From Thermodesulfobacteriota bacterium (lineage in GTDB: Bacteria > Desulfobacterota > Desulfobacteria > Desulfobacterales > C00003060), in assembly GCA_034189385.1 (NCBI GenBank), contig JAXHVD010000006.1, forward strand, positions 32,001 through 96,000: 64,000 nt of DNA, written 5' to 3'. The position numbers were made by a program, and so were the translations under genes. The notes beneath the pieces are model-generated. The model ran no database searches, had not been told where the DNA came from, and worked only from the letters and a program-made list of their open reading frames with translations. Numbering within the stretch: the first letter of the stretch is position 1; the number at the start of each line of letters is the position of its first letter. Shown here piece by piece: positions 38,187 to 49,167 of the stretch.

Positions 38187-38393
38187 GTCCCGTCCCCTAC
38201 ATGCAATCAGGACCTTTATAACAGACCCTTCAGTGGCTGGCTTCTCCCTTGGCCCCTGGAAGGACAGATTCTAATTCCCACCAATACATGGATCTCCCGC
38301 TGGCCGCAGAAGATCTGTGCTCTATATACTCACGGGTGTGACATTTATCAATTGCAAAATCAAGGCGTGGGGGGTCGGCAGTGCTAGCGCACC

Positions 38394-39953
38394 TTACAAG
38401 ACAGCTCGCTTGTCCATTTTCTCGGCCTCCACATCGTGCTGCAACAAGAATTGAATCCGGTTGATGGCCTCCACATAGGCCTTGGCACTTGCCTTTAGGA
38501 TGTCGGTGCTGGACCCCCTGCCCAAAGCACGATGCCCCTCGCGGGAAACCCGCACCGTAGATATCCCCATCGCCTCTTTTGTCTCAGTAACGGCCTTCAC
38601 ATGCCAGTCCTCCAACTTGTGGAACGCCCCTACAATCTTGTCAATGGCCTTGAAGATGGCATCGATGGGGCCGTCCCCTTCAGAACTTGCCTCCAGCGTG
38701 ACTTCTTCCCTCCGGAGCCTCACCCGGGCTTCAGGGGCATCACCATTACCCGTAGTGACCTTGTATGATTCAAGCACGAAAAGCTGGCTCCCTGCCAGCT
38801 GGGCAAAGATCACATCCTGCACAATGACATCCACATCCTCATCATAGACCCGTTTCTTCTTGTCGGCCACCTCCAGAAAGTGGTCATACACCCTTTCAAA
38901 TTCCTCTTCATTAAGATGGTAGCCCATTTTTGAAATCTTGTCCTTTAGCGCATGTCTGCCCGATCTCGCCGTAAGGACCATCTCGTGCTCCGTAATCCCC
39001 AAGTCCTCGGGGCGGATAACTTCATAGGTGGAGCGATCTTTGAGTATGCCATCCTGGTGGACACCGGAAGAGTGGGCAAAGGCATTGGAGCCAACAATGG
39101 CCTTGTTGGCCTGAACCGGTATGCCCATAAGGCGGCTCACCAGCTTACTGGTACGCATGATCTCTTTCGTGTTCACCGAAGTCTGAAAGTTGAAATAGTC
39201 CTTCCGTGTCCTAAGAGCCATGACCAGTTCCTCTAAAGAGGCATTACCTGCCCTTTCTCCAAGGCCGTTCATGGTACACTCGACCTGTCTCGCCCCATTG
39301 ACGATGGCAGCCAGACTGTTTGCCGTAGCTAGGCCCAAATCATTATGGCAATGAACACTGAGAACCACCTTATCGATATTGGACACCCTTTCTTTGAGAT
39401 AGGCGATGAGATCTCCAAACTGCTTCGGCACAGCGTAGCCAACCGTATCTGGGATATTGACCACAGTAGCCCCGGCCTCAATCACCTTCTCTACCACCTT
39501 GGCCAGATAGTCCGGTGCTGTGCGCGAAGCGTCCTCGGTGGAGTACTCCACGTTGGGGCATAGAGATTTGGCAAGCTTTAAGGCCTCAAGGCCCCGCTCT
39601 AATGCCTTTTCTCGGTCGAGGCCAAATTTTTTCTGGATGTGGACATCTGAGGTGCCAAGAAAGACATGAATGCGGGGACGTTCTGCCTTTTTGATGGCAT
39701 CCCAGGCTGTTTCTATGTCTTTTTGAACGGCCCGGGCAAGGGCCACAATGGTGGGGCCCTTCACATTTTCAGCGATCCCTTCTACGGCCTGAAAGTCCCC
39801 TGGAGATGAGATAGGAAAGCCGGCCTCAATGCAGTCTACCTGCAATCTTGCAAGTTGCAGGGCAATTTCCAGCTTTTCTCTCGGATTTAAACACGCCCCC
39901 GGAATCTGTTCTCCGTCTCTCAATGTCGTGTCAAAAACAGCTATTTTTTCCAT
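38394..39953 (-). CDS. leuA: 2-isopropylmalate synthase
   Basis: FDTTLRDGEQ, EAGFP, HCHNDLGLA, GERAGN, C-terminal regulatory domain. Confidence 0.95.
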   Translation of the reverse strand: MEKIAVFDTTLRDGEQIPGACLNPREKLEIALQLARLQVDCIEAGFPISSPGDFQAVEGIAENVKGPTIVALARAVQKDIETAWDAIKKAERPRIHVFLGTSDVHIQKKFGLDREKALERGLEALKLAKSLCPNVEYSTEDASRTAPDYLAKVVEKVIEAGATVVNIPDTVGYAVPKQFGDLIAYLKERVSNIDKVVLSVHCHNDLGLATANSLAAIVNGARQVECTMNGLGERAGNASLEELVMALRTRKDYFNFQTSVNTKEIMRTSKLVSRLMGIPVQANKAIVGSNAFAHSSGVHQDGILKDRSTYEVIRPEDLGITEHEMVLTARSGRHALKDKISKMGYHLNEEEFERVYDHFLEVADKKKRVYDEDVDVIVQDVIFAQLAGSQLFVLESYKVTTGNGDAPEARVRLRREEVTLEASSEGDGPIDAIFKAIDKIVGAFHKLEDWHVKAVTETKEAMGISTVRVSREGHRALGRGSSTDILKASAKAYVEAINRIQFLLQHDVEAEKMDKRAVL

Positions 39954-40086
39954 CTCTTCTTCCCCCCTGGCTATGCAGTTTGTCTGAATCGGGATGAGAA
40001 ATCCCCCCTCAAGGGCCCTCCCATGCCCCCCGAGAGAGGGGGCGCCATGAAGCTTTCTGAGAGGGCTCCTTCCAACCAAAGAAAAC

Positions 40087-40160
40087 AAAAAAGCCACAGA
40101 TCCTGCAAGCCCCCTGTGGCCTCCAAAAAGAAGGGCCGCAGGTTTTGCTGCCTGCGGCCC
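40087..40160 (-). terminator. two tandem intrinsic terminators in the leuA leader
   Basis: GGGCCGCAGG-cagcaaaa-CCTGCGGCCC-TTCTTTTT (40125-40160) and GCCACAG..CTGTGGC-TTTTTT (40087-40120). Confidence 0.85.
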
Positions 40161-40185
40161 GTGATTGCTAAGACGGTGCGTTTGA

Positions 40186-40254
40186 CTACCGCAAGCAGCC
40201 TCCTCCCCGAAGGAGCCCCAAAAGAAGCAAAAGCGCTAGCGACAGTGAACGCAT
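40186..40254 (-). CDS. leuL: Leu-rich leader peptide MRSLSLALLLLLGLLRGGGCLR
   Basis: AAAGGA RBS, 10 Leu in 22 codons, directly upstream of the terminator and leuA. Confidence 0.88.
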   Translation of the reverse strand: MRSLSLALLLLLGLLRGGGCLR

Positions 40255-40616
40255 ACCAAGTTCCTTTCAATTCAATGATAATAATCAGCAGACCATGCTG
40301 TTTTCCAAATGTCAAGCCATTTTTCTATACTATCGGCAAAAAGACAAAACCCTTGACTTGGATTCTGTCGGTTGCTAACAATCCCCCCGATTAACGATGC
40401 TCTTGGTCAACCTTTACGGCCAATTTCTCTGGGGCGAAGTTGGCCTTCTTATTTGAGGGGGAACTTGTCAAAAATTCAGGGCGACAGGTCGTTTAATTCG
40501 AAAATGGTTGAGTGTGTGAGCAAGTTTCAGACCTTTACGAATTCAATTACCTGTCGGCCGAGTAAATTTTAGGAGTTTTGCCAGGACTTATTTAGAACGA
40601 ACATAGAGGTGGAATT

Positions 40617-41420
40617 ATGAAACTTGACGAACACATCATCACCAAGGCTATCGTCCAGCGTTTCACTGAAAAGTGGCTGGACCATCTCCATTTGGACGTG
40701 GCCATCGTAGGGGGAGGCCCCTCAGGACTGGTAGCAGCCTACTATCTGGCAAAAAGCGGAAGGAAAGTGGCCCTCTTTGAACGCAAACTGAGCATCGGAG
40801 GCGGCGTGTGGGGCGGCGGAATGATGTTCAACGAAATCGTGGTTCAAGAAGAAGGCAAGAAGATTCTCGATGAAGTGGGCGTTTCTACGGAGCCTTTTGA
40901 GACCGGATACCATACTGCTGACGCCGTGGAAACGGCCAGTACCCTGACTTCCAAGGCATGCCAGGCAGGCACAAAGGTGTTCAACCTCATGACCGTGGAG
41001 GATGTGATGATCCGCCAGTCAGAGGGTCCGGAATCGGTGCGAGTCGTTGGACTGGTGCTCAACTGGACAGCCGTGGAAAAGGCTGCACTACATGTAGACC
41101 CCCTGACGGTCCGGGCCCGCTACACGATTGATGCCACCGGTCATGCCACTGAATTGATGCACCTTATCGTCAGGAAATCAGGAGCAAGGCTGCTGACGCC
41201 AACGGGAGACGTGGTGGGCGAAAAGTCGCTTTGGGCGGAGGTAGCAGAACAGTCTACCCTTGAAAATACGCGGGAGGCTTTCCCCGGTGTCTATGTCACA
41301 GGGATGGCGGCCAATGCCACGTTTGGGTCTTTCCGCATGGGCCCCATATTCGGCGGGATGCTCCTTTCTGGGAAAAAGGCCGCGGAGTTGATTCTCCAGC
41401 GATTGGAGACCGACACATAG
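40617..41420 (+). CDS. thi4: sulfide-dependent thiazole synthase (Thi4 family)
   Basis: [19 protein letters not shown] (His form), [18 protein letters not shown]. Confidence 0.93.
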   Translation: MKLDEHIITKAIVQRFTEKWLDHLHLDVAIVGGGPSGLVAAYYLAKSGRKVALFERKLSIGGGVWGGGMMFNEIVVQEEGKKILDEVGVSTEPFETGYHTADAVETASTLTSKACQAGTKVFNLMTVEDVMIRQSEGPESVRVVGLVLNWTAVEKAALHVDPLTVRARYTIDATGHATELMHLIVRKSGARLLTPTGDVVGEKSLWAEVAEQSTLENTREAFPGVYVTGMAANATFGSFRMGPIFGGMLLSGKKAAELILQRLETDT

Positions 41421-41743
41421 GGTCGGCCACCCCCCTTGCCGGGGATCTCTCAAACACGCATCTCCCCAGGGCAATGACTACTCCATCTGGGTATACAACC
41501 CTTGGGGCCTGTCGGTCTGTCCCCCTTGACAAATGGGAGCCACTCCGAATGTAAGGCCATGGGCCTGAAGGACTGCGACAGGCTCGCTTTCGTTTACTGT
41601 CTCCATTCTGCTTCCTACAGTAGGCCTTGATGCAAGAAGCCCGTTCCAATCCTTTCTTCTGGAACCCTTTGTTGCGAATCGACGGGCTGACGTGGCGGCG
41701 GAAACTGCCACGCCCAGAGAGTCTCCAGGCATGCGCCATCTAC

Positions 41744-44197
41744 CTACATCATGTCCACCGGGTCGACATCCACGATCATGTTCACGGCACCCTTGCCCAT
41801 CTCCCGTTCGGCCCTAGCCTTAAGGACCCTGGTCAATCCATGTAACGGTGCCACCTTCAGTCCCTTCAGCAGGAGCTGCCATCGGTAGCGTTTTTTGAGT
41901 CTGGCCAAGGGGGCTGGCACAGGGCCCAATAGCCGCACTTCTTTCTTATAGGTCTTGTTCTCCCGTTGCAGCGCCCGACAGATTTCTCCCAGCCTTTGGG
42001 CATACCGGGCCGTCTGATCTCTGTCCCTTCCTGTTACCACAACCTGTACAAGGCGAGAATAGGGAGGATAGTAAAGCTCCCTGCGGTAGCCAATTTCACG
42101 CTCATAAAAGGCCGCGTAATCTTGATGACTTGCCGTGACGATACAGAAGTGCTCAGGATTAAAGGTTTGAAGTATCACACGCCCTTGTCGATCCCCCCGG
42201 CCTGCACGGCCTGCCACTTGGGCCAAGAGCTGAAAGGTGCGCTCTCCTGCCCGAAAATCAGGAAAGTTCAGGGAAAGGTCGGCACAAAGGATTCCCACCA
42301 GCGTGATTTTCGGGTAGTGATGTCCCTTTGCCACCATCTGGGTCCCCACCAGGATGTCGATGGCGCCTTCCCTTAAAGCCTTTAAGATCTTTACCAATGC
42401 CCCTTTTCGGACTGTCGTGTCCCGGTCTATTCGAGCCACTTCGGCTTTAGGGAAGACGGCCTTGACTTCGGCCTCCACCCTTTCTGTGCCAAGTCCAAGG
42501 AGTTTGATCTTGGAGCTGCCGCAGACCTGACAGCCCACTGTCTGAGCACAAGTGTAGCCGCAGTAGTGGCACCTGAAGGCATTGGCCTCCCGGTGGAGTG
42601 TCATGGTAATATCGCAATTCTTGCACCGAACAGGAACTCCGCAGCAACTGCACGTCGGGCAATTGGCAAAACCGCGGCGGTTTAGAAAAAGGAGAACCTG
42701 TTCCCTCCGGCCCAGGGTCTCGGAAATGGCGTCCTTGAGTTCTTGCGTTATAAAGGGCTTTGTCCGATGGGAGCCTTCTGTCTGGCGAAGATCTACAACG
42801 TGCACCTCTGGTAGGACCTGGTCTTCTATCCGTTTCCAGAGATGGAGGCCTTGAAACTTCTTCTCTTGCACATTGTAGTATGACTGCACCGATGGCGTTG
42901 CTGATCCAAGAAGGGCAACGGCTCCTTCCAGCTTGGCCCGAACCACAGCTAGATCCCGTGCGTGATAGCGCAGTCCCCCTGAGGCGGATTTATACGAGTC
43001 GTCGTGTTCCTCATCTACGATGACAAGACCCAAGTGATCAAAGGGCGAAAAGATGGCAGAGCGGGCCCCAATAGCCACCTTGGCCTCCTTGCGCACGATG
43101 CGCATCCACTGGTCAAAGCGTTCACCTTCGCTCAGCCCACTGTGGAGCAAGGCGATACAATCGCCGAAACGGGCTCGAAAGAGCCGTTCCGTCTGAGATA
43201 TCAAGGCGATCTCCGGAACCAGCACCAGGGCTTCGTACCCTTTATCCAAGGCTGCCGCCACGGCTGCCATGTAGACCTCTGTCTTGCCACTTCCCGTAAT
43301 ACCGTCAAGCAGATAGGCCTGAAAACCCTTGTCAAGCCCTTCCACCACCGTGGTGACCACTCTATCCTGCTCCTTGGTGAGGACCGGTGCGTTGGAGCTC
43401 GGTTCAATGGCCTCACCAAAGGGATCTCGATATACCTGCCGTTCAAAGAGATCCAGAAAACCGTCGGCAGCCATCTTCTTGACCAGACGTCCGGCCGACG
43501 GGACCTGGACTTTGAGGTCCCTTATGGAGATCTCGCCGAAATCGTCAATGATCCCCAGAATCTTACGCCGAGCCTGTGAAAGGGACCCGGCATACGGACC
43601 GTCTGCCACCGCTTTTAGATATCGTTCTTTCTTTGGCCGAACTCTCCCTGGCTGCACCCTCCGCTCCCTCATAATCCAGCCTGCCCGTTCCAGGCTACGA
43701 AGAGCTGTGTAAGGCACTTCTCTGTCCAGTGCCCTGGAGAGTCTGGATCGCCCCATAGGTCCTCGATTCAATAGGGTTTCAAGCAATTGCCGATCATGGC
43801 GCTCCATGGGAGAATCGACCAAAGCAGACTTACCTTGTTCGGTAATCCGCAGCCTCGTTACTTGGGTCATGTTAAGCCCACCAGGTAGGGCTGCCTTCAC
43901 CACTTCCCCAATGGGATAGAGATAGTAGTTTGCTATCCAACGAAAGAACCGTATCATGGAGGACGGAAAAAGAGGCTGGTCGTCCAGGATATCTGAGATG
44001 GATTTCACCCCTTCCTGGTCCGTGGTCTCAAGGAGGTCCAGGATGTAGCCCGTCACTTGGCGCACCCTGAAAGGGACTGTCACCCGCTTGCCCACCGCCG
44101 TCACGGCCCGAAAGGCTTCTGGTACCTCATAGGTGAAGGTTTTGGAAACAGGCAAAGCTACCGCCACTTCCACATATGGCTTGTCAGAACCGTGCAA
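41744..44197 (-). CDS. priA: primosomal protein N'
   Basis: GITGSGKT, DEEH, SATPS, NRRG, Cys zinc clusters, QVAGRAGR. Confidence 0.96.
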   Translation of the reverse strand: MHGSDKPYVEVAVALPVSKTFTYEVPEAFRAVTAVGKRVTVPFRVRQVTGYILDLLETTDQEGVKSISDILDDQPLFPSSMIRFFRWIANYYLYPIGEVVKAALPGGLNMTQVTRLRITEQGKSALVDSPMERHDRQLLETLLNRGPMGRSRLSRALDREVPYTALRSLERAGWIMRERRVQPGRVRPKKERYLKAVADGPYAGSLSQARRKILGIIDDFGEISIRDLKVQVPSAGRLVKKMAADGFLDLFERQVYRDPFGEAIEPSSNAPVLTKEQDRVVTTVVEGLDKGFQAYLLDGITGSGKTEVYMAAVAAALDKGYEALVLVPEIALISQTERLFRARFGDCIALLHSGLSEGERFDQWMRIVRKEAKVAIGARSAIFSPFDHLGLVIVDEEHDDSYKSASGGLRYHARDLAVVRAKLEGAVALLGSATPSVQSYYNVQEKKFQGLHLWKRIEDQVLPEVHVVDLRQTEGSHRTKPFITQELKDAISETLGRREQVLLFLNRRGFANCPTCSCCGVPVRCKNCDITMTLHREANAFRCHYCGYTCAQTVGCQVCGSSKIKLLGLGTERVEAEVKAVFPKAEVARIDRDTTVRKGALVKILKALREGAIDILVGTQMVAKGHHYPKITLVGILCADLSLNFPDFRAGERTFQLLAQVAGRAGRGDRQGRVILQTFNPEHFCIVTASHQDYAAFYEREIGYRRELYYPPYSRLVQVVVTGRDRDQTARYAQRLGEICRALQRENKTYKKEVRLLGPVPAPLARLKKRYRWQLLLKGLKVAPLHGLTRVLKARAEREMGKGAVNMIVDVDPVDMM

Positions 44198-44493
44198 TTG
44201 GCCCTATTCCTTTTTTCTTGATCTGAAACCTTGAATTTAATATCAATGTGACCAGCATATTGCCATACAAAAAATGGCGGCGTGCAAGGAATGGCGAGTT
44301 GCTTGAAAGGGCCTGGCTAATGGAAAAGACCCCAGCCACCAGAGTGAAAGGAGGGAAACCTGCATGGAAGACGACCTGTGGCTGGGCCAGCAGGTCGCTG
44401 TAAGGACAATTGAAGATATGGGCAAGCAAGACGGGACATGCCGTCCTGTGAACAGTCACTGAGGAATCAGATCGGAGCTAAGAGGAGGTTCCA

Positions 44494-45207
44494 ATGCAAG
44501 AGTACACCATCCACCCCCTAGTCGTAGGGGCCAATGAGACTGACCAAGGGATTATGACGTATCTTCGGGATTATGGGCAAAGGATCTGGATTCCCATTTA
44601 TGTCTTCTACGTAGAAGGGGGGGACAAGACCATCCTGGTGGATACGGGGCTCGAGCAGTTTGTGGTGCCCGATGAGGTAGGAGAGACTTACGGTTTCAAG
44701 GTCCTTGAGTTTGAAGATGCCCTTGCCTCGGTGGGGCTCAAACCTGAAGACGTTGATGTCATCGTTCATACTCACCTTCACAACGATCACTGCGAAAACG
44801 ATTACAAGTGCTCCAATGCCAAGGTCTACGTTCAGAAGGCTGAAATGGATTTCTTCAGGAACCCCCATCCCATTGATCATAGGTATTACCCAGACGTATT
44901 AGATGGAGTCGATGTGGTAGAGGTGGAAGGGGATGCCAACATCTTGGACGGAATCGACGTGATCTTCAGCCCGGGACATACCGTTGGTGGGCAATCGGTG
45001 GCTGTGAATACTTCCAAAGGCAAGGCCATTATCACCGGCTTCTGCTGCAACGACAAGAATTTCCCTGCCTCCGGGCCCGCTATCGCGCCAGGGGTACATA
45101 TCGACGTGAGGGAGGCCTACGACAGCATTCAGAAGATCAAGGAGATGGCCGATATCCTGATCCCACTTCACGATCTTTCCGTGGGGCGGATGGAAACCAT
45201 CCCCTAA
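44494..45207 (+). CDS. MBL-fold hydrolase, AHL-lactonase-like family
   Basis: LVDTG, THLHNDH, PGHT, PLHD. Confidence 0.85.
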   Translation: MQEYTIHPLVVGANETDQGIMTYLRDYGQRIWIPIYVFYVEGGDKTILVDTGLEQFVVPDEVGETYGFKVLEFEDALASVGLKPEDVDVIVHTHLHNDHCENDYKCSNAKVYVQKAEMDFFRNPHPIDHRYYPDVLDGVDVVEVEGDANILDGIDVIFSPGHTVGGQSVAVNTSKGKAIITGFCCNDKNFPASGPAIAPGVHIDVREAYDSIQKIKEMADILIPLHDLSVGRMETIP

Positions 45208-45302
45208 GGGGCGTTGCACGGAAAAAAAGAATCTTACTTATCATGGCTGTCTTCTGCCCCATTTCCGTATCATCTTGAGTGCCGGAAACAGGCGACAGTG
45301 CA

Positions 45303-47453
45303 TCAACTCATGGGGTGGTCCTGGCTACCTGCGTTTTTAGATAAGTCCCCTTCTATAGTGGTCCACCTCTTGACCTTTTCTAGCAGCTCTGCGGGCTCTA
45401 TAGGCTTGGGTGTATAGTCATCCATGCCGGCCTCAAGGCAGCGCTCTTTGTCTCCTTTCATGGCATGGGCGGTCACGGCCACGATGGGAACTCCGTGATT
45501 GCGGACTGCGGATTGCGGATTGCGGATTCGAGCGGTAGCCTCCAGGCCGTCCATCTCCGGCATCTGAACATCCATCAGCACAAGGTCATAAGGAGCCGTT
45601 TCAAGCGCCTTAATTGCTTCATGGCCGTTGGCCACTGCATCGGCTCGGTAGCCAAAATTCTTCAGCATATGAAGTGCCACCTTCTGGTTGACCATATTGT
45701 CCTCGGCAACCAGTATTCGAATCTTGCGCTTCCGGTCTTCAGCAATAGAATGCCTGGTGACGAGGGTCTCTCTGGACATGTCTTTTCCTACTGCTTTTCT
45801 GCCGACCACTGTTGTAAGGCAGTCAAACAGCTCTGACCCCTTAACAGGCTTGGTAAGGTAGGCAGCAAAACCGATCTCCTTTGTCCGGGCTGCACCACCA
45901 GGCTCAGCAACAGAGGTCAGCATGACGAGAATAGTACCTTCAAGATCAGGATCTTCCTTTATCTTACGTCCCAGCGTCTCACCGTCCATCTCCGGCATTT
46001 GCACATCCAGGATAGCGATGTCAAAAGGCCCCCCCTCTGCCACCGCCTGGCGGAGCTTGTCCAGGGCCACTGCCCCCCCTTGAGCCTCATCAGAATGGCA
46101 ATACCAAGACCTGAGTTGCTCTCTCAGAACGAGACGGTTCGTAGCATTGTCATCCACCACCAGAATCCGTTTTCCTCGAATCTCCTCGGGAACCACCTTC
46201 ACCTCACGGCCTTGCCCCTGTTTTTCCAGGGTCGCCGTGAACCAGAACGCAGACCCTTTGCCTTCCTCGCTTTTCACGCCAATGTGACCGCCCAACATCT
46301 GGGTGAGATCCTTAGAGATGACCAACCCTAGACCTGTCCCGCCATACTTGCGTGTAGTAGAACCGTCCACCTGCGTAAATGGCTGAAAAAGACGGCCCAA
46401 TCGATTCACGGGTATCCCAATGCCTGTATCGGAGACTTCAAAGCGAATGGTTGCCTCTTTGTCGTCCTCCTCATCGACCGTAACCCGTATCACCACCTCG
46501 CCCTTTTCCGTAAACTTAATGGCGTTATTGACAAGATTCATGAGGACCTGGCGCAATCTTCCGGGGTCACCCTTTACCAGGGCAGGCACATCATGTTGGA
46601 TGAGGAGAACAAGTTCGAGGCCTTTTTTGACAGCTCCCAGAGCCAGAACACCCATCACATCTTCAACCGTCATCCTCAGGTCAAAGTCCATGATTTCAAG
46701 GTCTAGTTTTCCGGCCTCGATCTTTGAGTAATCCAGGATGTCGTTGATCACCGTAAGGAGAGAATCGGCGCTGGCGCTTATTGCCTCGGCATACTGACGC
46801 TGTCCAGAAGTCAATTCGGTATCCAGTAATAGGCCACTCATGCCGATGACACCGTTTATTGGCGTACGAATCTCGTGGCTCATGTTGGCAAGGAACTCGG
46901 TTTTGGCGTCATTGGCAGCCTCGGCTTTACTGGCCATCTCTTCGGCTTGGATAATAGCATCCTTAAGCTGCCTGTTTGTTGCCATCAATTCTCGGTTGGT
47001 GGCCTCCCCTTGCTCATTGGCCTTTTTAAGGGCCTCTGTCATCCGTCTGTTCTCAAGTGCCAGGTTGAAATGATCAAAGGCCCTGGCAATGGTTCCTCTT
47101 ACCCCTTCAGATGACCAAGGCTTGGTGAGATAGCCGAAGATTTGGAGACGGTTGATGGCAGCCATAGCGTTCTCCAGGCTCCCGTAGGCGGTGAGGATGA
47201 TCCGGACCACATCAGGTTTGCGTTCCCTAACGCCTTCGAGAAAGGTGATCCCATCCATCTTCGGCATCCGTTGGTCCGCCAGGACTACGCCAATGTCATG
47301 GGTTTCAAGCACTTCAAGACCAGCGTTTCCTGAATATGCGCTGAAGATGTTGTACCCTTGGGATTGCAGGTCCCGCCTCAAGCTGCTGACAGTGTTGGGT
47401 TCATCATCTACGATGAGTAGATTCCTGTTTTTTGCCCGATCATGATTAGACAT
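45303..47453 (-). CDS. cytoplasmic hybrid histidine kinase (REC-HisKA-HATPase-REC-REC)
   Basis: [34 protein letters not shown], three receiver domains; GGAGG RBS. Confidence 0.93.
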   Translation of the reverse strand: MSNHDRAKNRNLLIVDDEPNTVSSLRRDLQSQGYNIFSAYSGNAGLEVLETHDIGVVLADQRMPKMDGITFLEGVRERKPDVVRIILTAYGSLENAMAAINRLQIFGYLTKPWSSEGVRGTIARAFDHFNLALENRRMTEALKKANEQGEATNRELMATNRQLKDAIIQAEEMASKAEAANDAKTEFLANMSHEIRTPINGVIGMSGLLLDTELTSGQRQYAEAISASADSLLTVINDILDYSKIEAGKLDLEIMDFDLRMTVEDVMGVLALGAVKKGLELVLLIQHDVPALVKGDPGRLRQVLMNLVNNAIKFTEKGEVVIRVTVDEEDDKEATIRFEVSDTGIGIPVNRLGRLFQPFTQVDGSTTRKYGGTGLGLVISKDLTQMLGGHIGVKSEEGKGSAFWFTATLEKQGQGREVKVVPEEIRGKRILVVDDNATNRLVLREQLRSWYCHSDEAQGGAVALDKLRQAVAEGGPFDIAILDVQMPEMDGETLGRKIKEDPDLEGTILVMLTSVAEPGGAARTKEIGFAAYLTKPVKGSELFDCLTTVVGRKAVGKDMSRETLVTRHSIAEDRKRKIRILVAEDNMVNQKVALHMLKNFGYRADAVANGHEAIKALETAPYDLVLMDVQMPEMDGLEATARIRNPQSAVRNHGVPIVAVTAHAMKGDKERCLEAGMDDYTPKPIEPAELLEKVKRWTTIEGDLSKNAGSQDHPMS

Positions 47454-47603
47454 CTCCACCTCCTGGTCACGTTCTATCCCGCTACTTGGAAGACCGATGG
47501 AGCCCACTGACAGAGCCTGGATCTTCTCTCTACGCCTGGACACCCAAGTACAGGCACAACTCTAATGGATGAATTGGACAACATCAAAAAGGGAGATTAA
47601 AAG

Positions 47604-47620
47604 AGCAAAGAGCATGCCAA
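47604..47620 (-). promoter_or_regulatory. sigma54 -24/-12 promoter
   Basis: TTGGCATGCTCTTTGCT (GG-N10-GC). Confidence 0.7.
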
Positions 47621-48051
47621 CGAGACCACCTTTGGCGGCAAGACACAACCACCTAGAATCGTTCTAAATTAGTGAAGAGGCCCCTGCCCATCCATCTCAA
47701 GGTGACAAAACGTTACAATATTGCCGCTGGTGGTGTCATTTTGCCGACACGGTTTTAGATACAAAAAAACCCTGGCACAACTCTCCCTAACGTTCATTGT
47801 GGACTTTTTGGGGTACCCCTTCCCGACTCCGTCGGAATGAGCGGGTCGCCCTGGCGAATCAAAAAGTCTACAAAACCAAGTAAGAAGGGATGGCACAGCT
47901 CCAAAGGCAAGAGGTTGGCGCACCGATCATGAATGGAGTAAGTGTTGCCGGGCAGAAAATGATCCCTGGCACGGGACAATCAAGTGCCGGGACCCCTCCG
48001 AGCTGCATGGTGGCTCCTGCGAGAGAAGAAGCTTATCGTGGAATGTCCTGA

Positions 48052-48396
48052 TCAACAGCTTAGGTGAAACCCTGCTACAACCTTCTTGCCCTCTTTAGAA
48101 AGCCGATTGTAAGAGTGACAGGCCGCTTCTGTTTTCTCCACCAGGACACGGATACCACGCCTCTTGAGGGCAGAGGTCACTGCCTCAGATACCCTGAGAG
48201 CGCCATAGGCCCCGGTGCCGAAGATGCAGACCTTTGCATCACTACTGAGCAGATCCTTCACATCTTCCAGCCCCACATGGTGGCCCTTTGAACGCCACCA
48301 ATCGGGTATGACACTGTTACCAATCAGCTTGACGTCGTTTCGGTATGCCTTGCCGTCGATCTGGATATGACCAAAGCGGTAGGATTGGATCTCCAT
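48052..48396 (-). CDS. Mth938-like (DUF498) protein
   Basis: YRFGHIQIDG, GTGAYG, T..AC..YN, FHLSC. Confidence 0.88.
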   Translation of the reverse strand: MEIQSYRFGHIQIDGKAYRNDVKLIGNSVIPDWWRSKGHHVGLEDVKDLLSSDAKVCIFGTGAYGALRVSEAVTSALKRRGIRVLVEKTEAACHSYNRLSKEGKKVVAGFHLSC

Positions 48397-48697
48397 GAGA
48401 AATCCTTCGAGTCTCAGTGGCTCTCACCTGCTGAATGGGCCCACTGAATAATACCGGCCCTTCCAGATACCTCTCGAAGCCTCATATTCCACATCATGAT
48501 ATCATACTGCTTTCAAGCTGGCAACTGCACGCCTGCACCCTGTGGCATGATCAAGATTGGAAGTTGAACGGGTTAGAATAGTTGCGGCAAAAGGGTATGT
48601 TAAAAAATGTAAGATCGGGACTTGCCCCTGCTTGAAGTCTCGGCCTTTGAATATTTGATGTTGTGGCGGCCTGCCATGCTTGAGGCTGCACCAACCC

Positions 48698-49120
48698 CTA
48701 CATCTTGTAGAGCCTCTCGTCATAAAGATTGATCCAGTTCTCCTTCAAGACCCTGGCGGCCTCCCCTGTCTTGTCAACCTCTAAGATCAACACCGTAGCT
48801 TCCATTTGGATGCAAGGATAGACGTGGTGAATATTGATCTTTTCCAACGCAAGGATTCTCAAAATGGTGTTCAATCCACCTGGGTGGCTAGGAACCTGGG
48901 CAGCGATAACATCCACGGTCTCCGCCTTGAGACCAAGGCCGGTCAATGCGGAGACCGCCCCATCGGGGTCACTTGTAATGAGGCGCAGGGTCGCCTTTTT
49001 CTTTTCAGCCCCAACCCAAAAGCCGTGGACTTTCACGTCATTTTCGTGGAGATGACCGATAATTGCCGCAAGCTCCCCAGTCCTGTTCTGGACCTTCATT
49101 ACAAGTTCTTTAATCGTCAT
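48698..49120 (-). CDS. tandem ACT domain protein
   Basis: NRTGELA..LRLITSDP; HPGGL..INI. Confidence 0.85.
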   Translation of the reverse strand: MTIKELVMKVQNRTGELAAIIGHLHENDVKVHGFWVGAEKKKATLRLITSDPDGAVSALTGLGLKAETVDVIAAQVPSHPGGLNTILRILALEKINIHHVYPCIQMEATVLILEVDKTGEAARVLKENWINLYDERLYKM

Positions 49121-49167
49121 GACAAACCTGCCCTCTTGTGTCACCTTCCCACGTGGACCTTTCGCCC

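Noticed and set aside
45501..45530. (GCGGAT/C)n hexamer run inside the kinase gene
   Set aside because: A short coding repeat ([11 protein letters not shown]) with no frameshift, so not regarded as functional.
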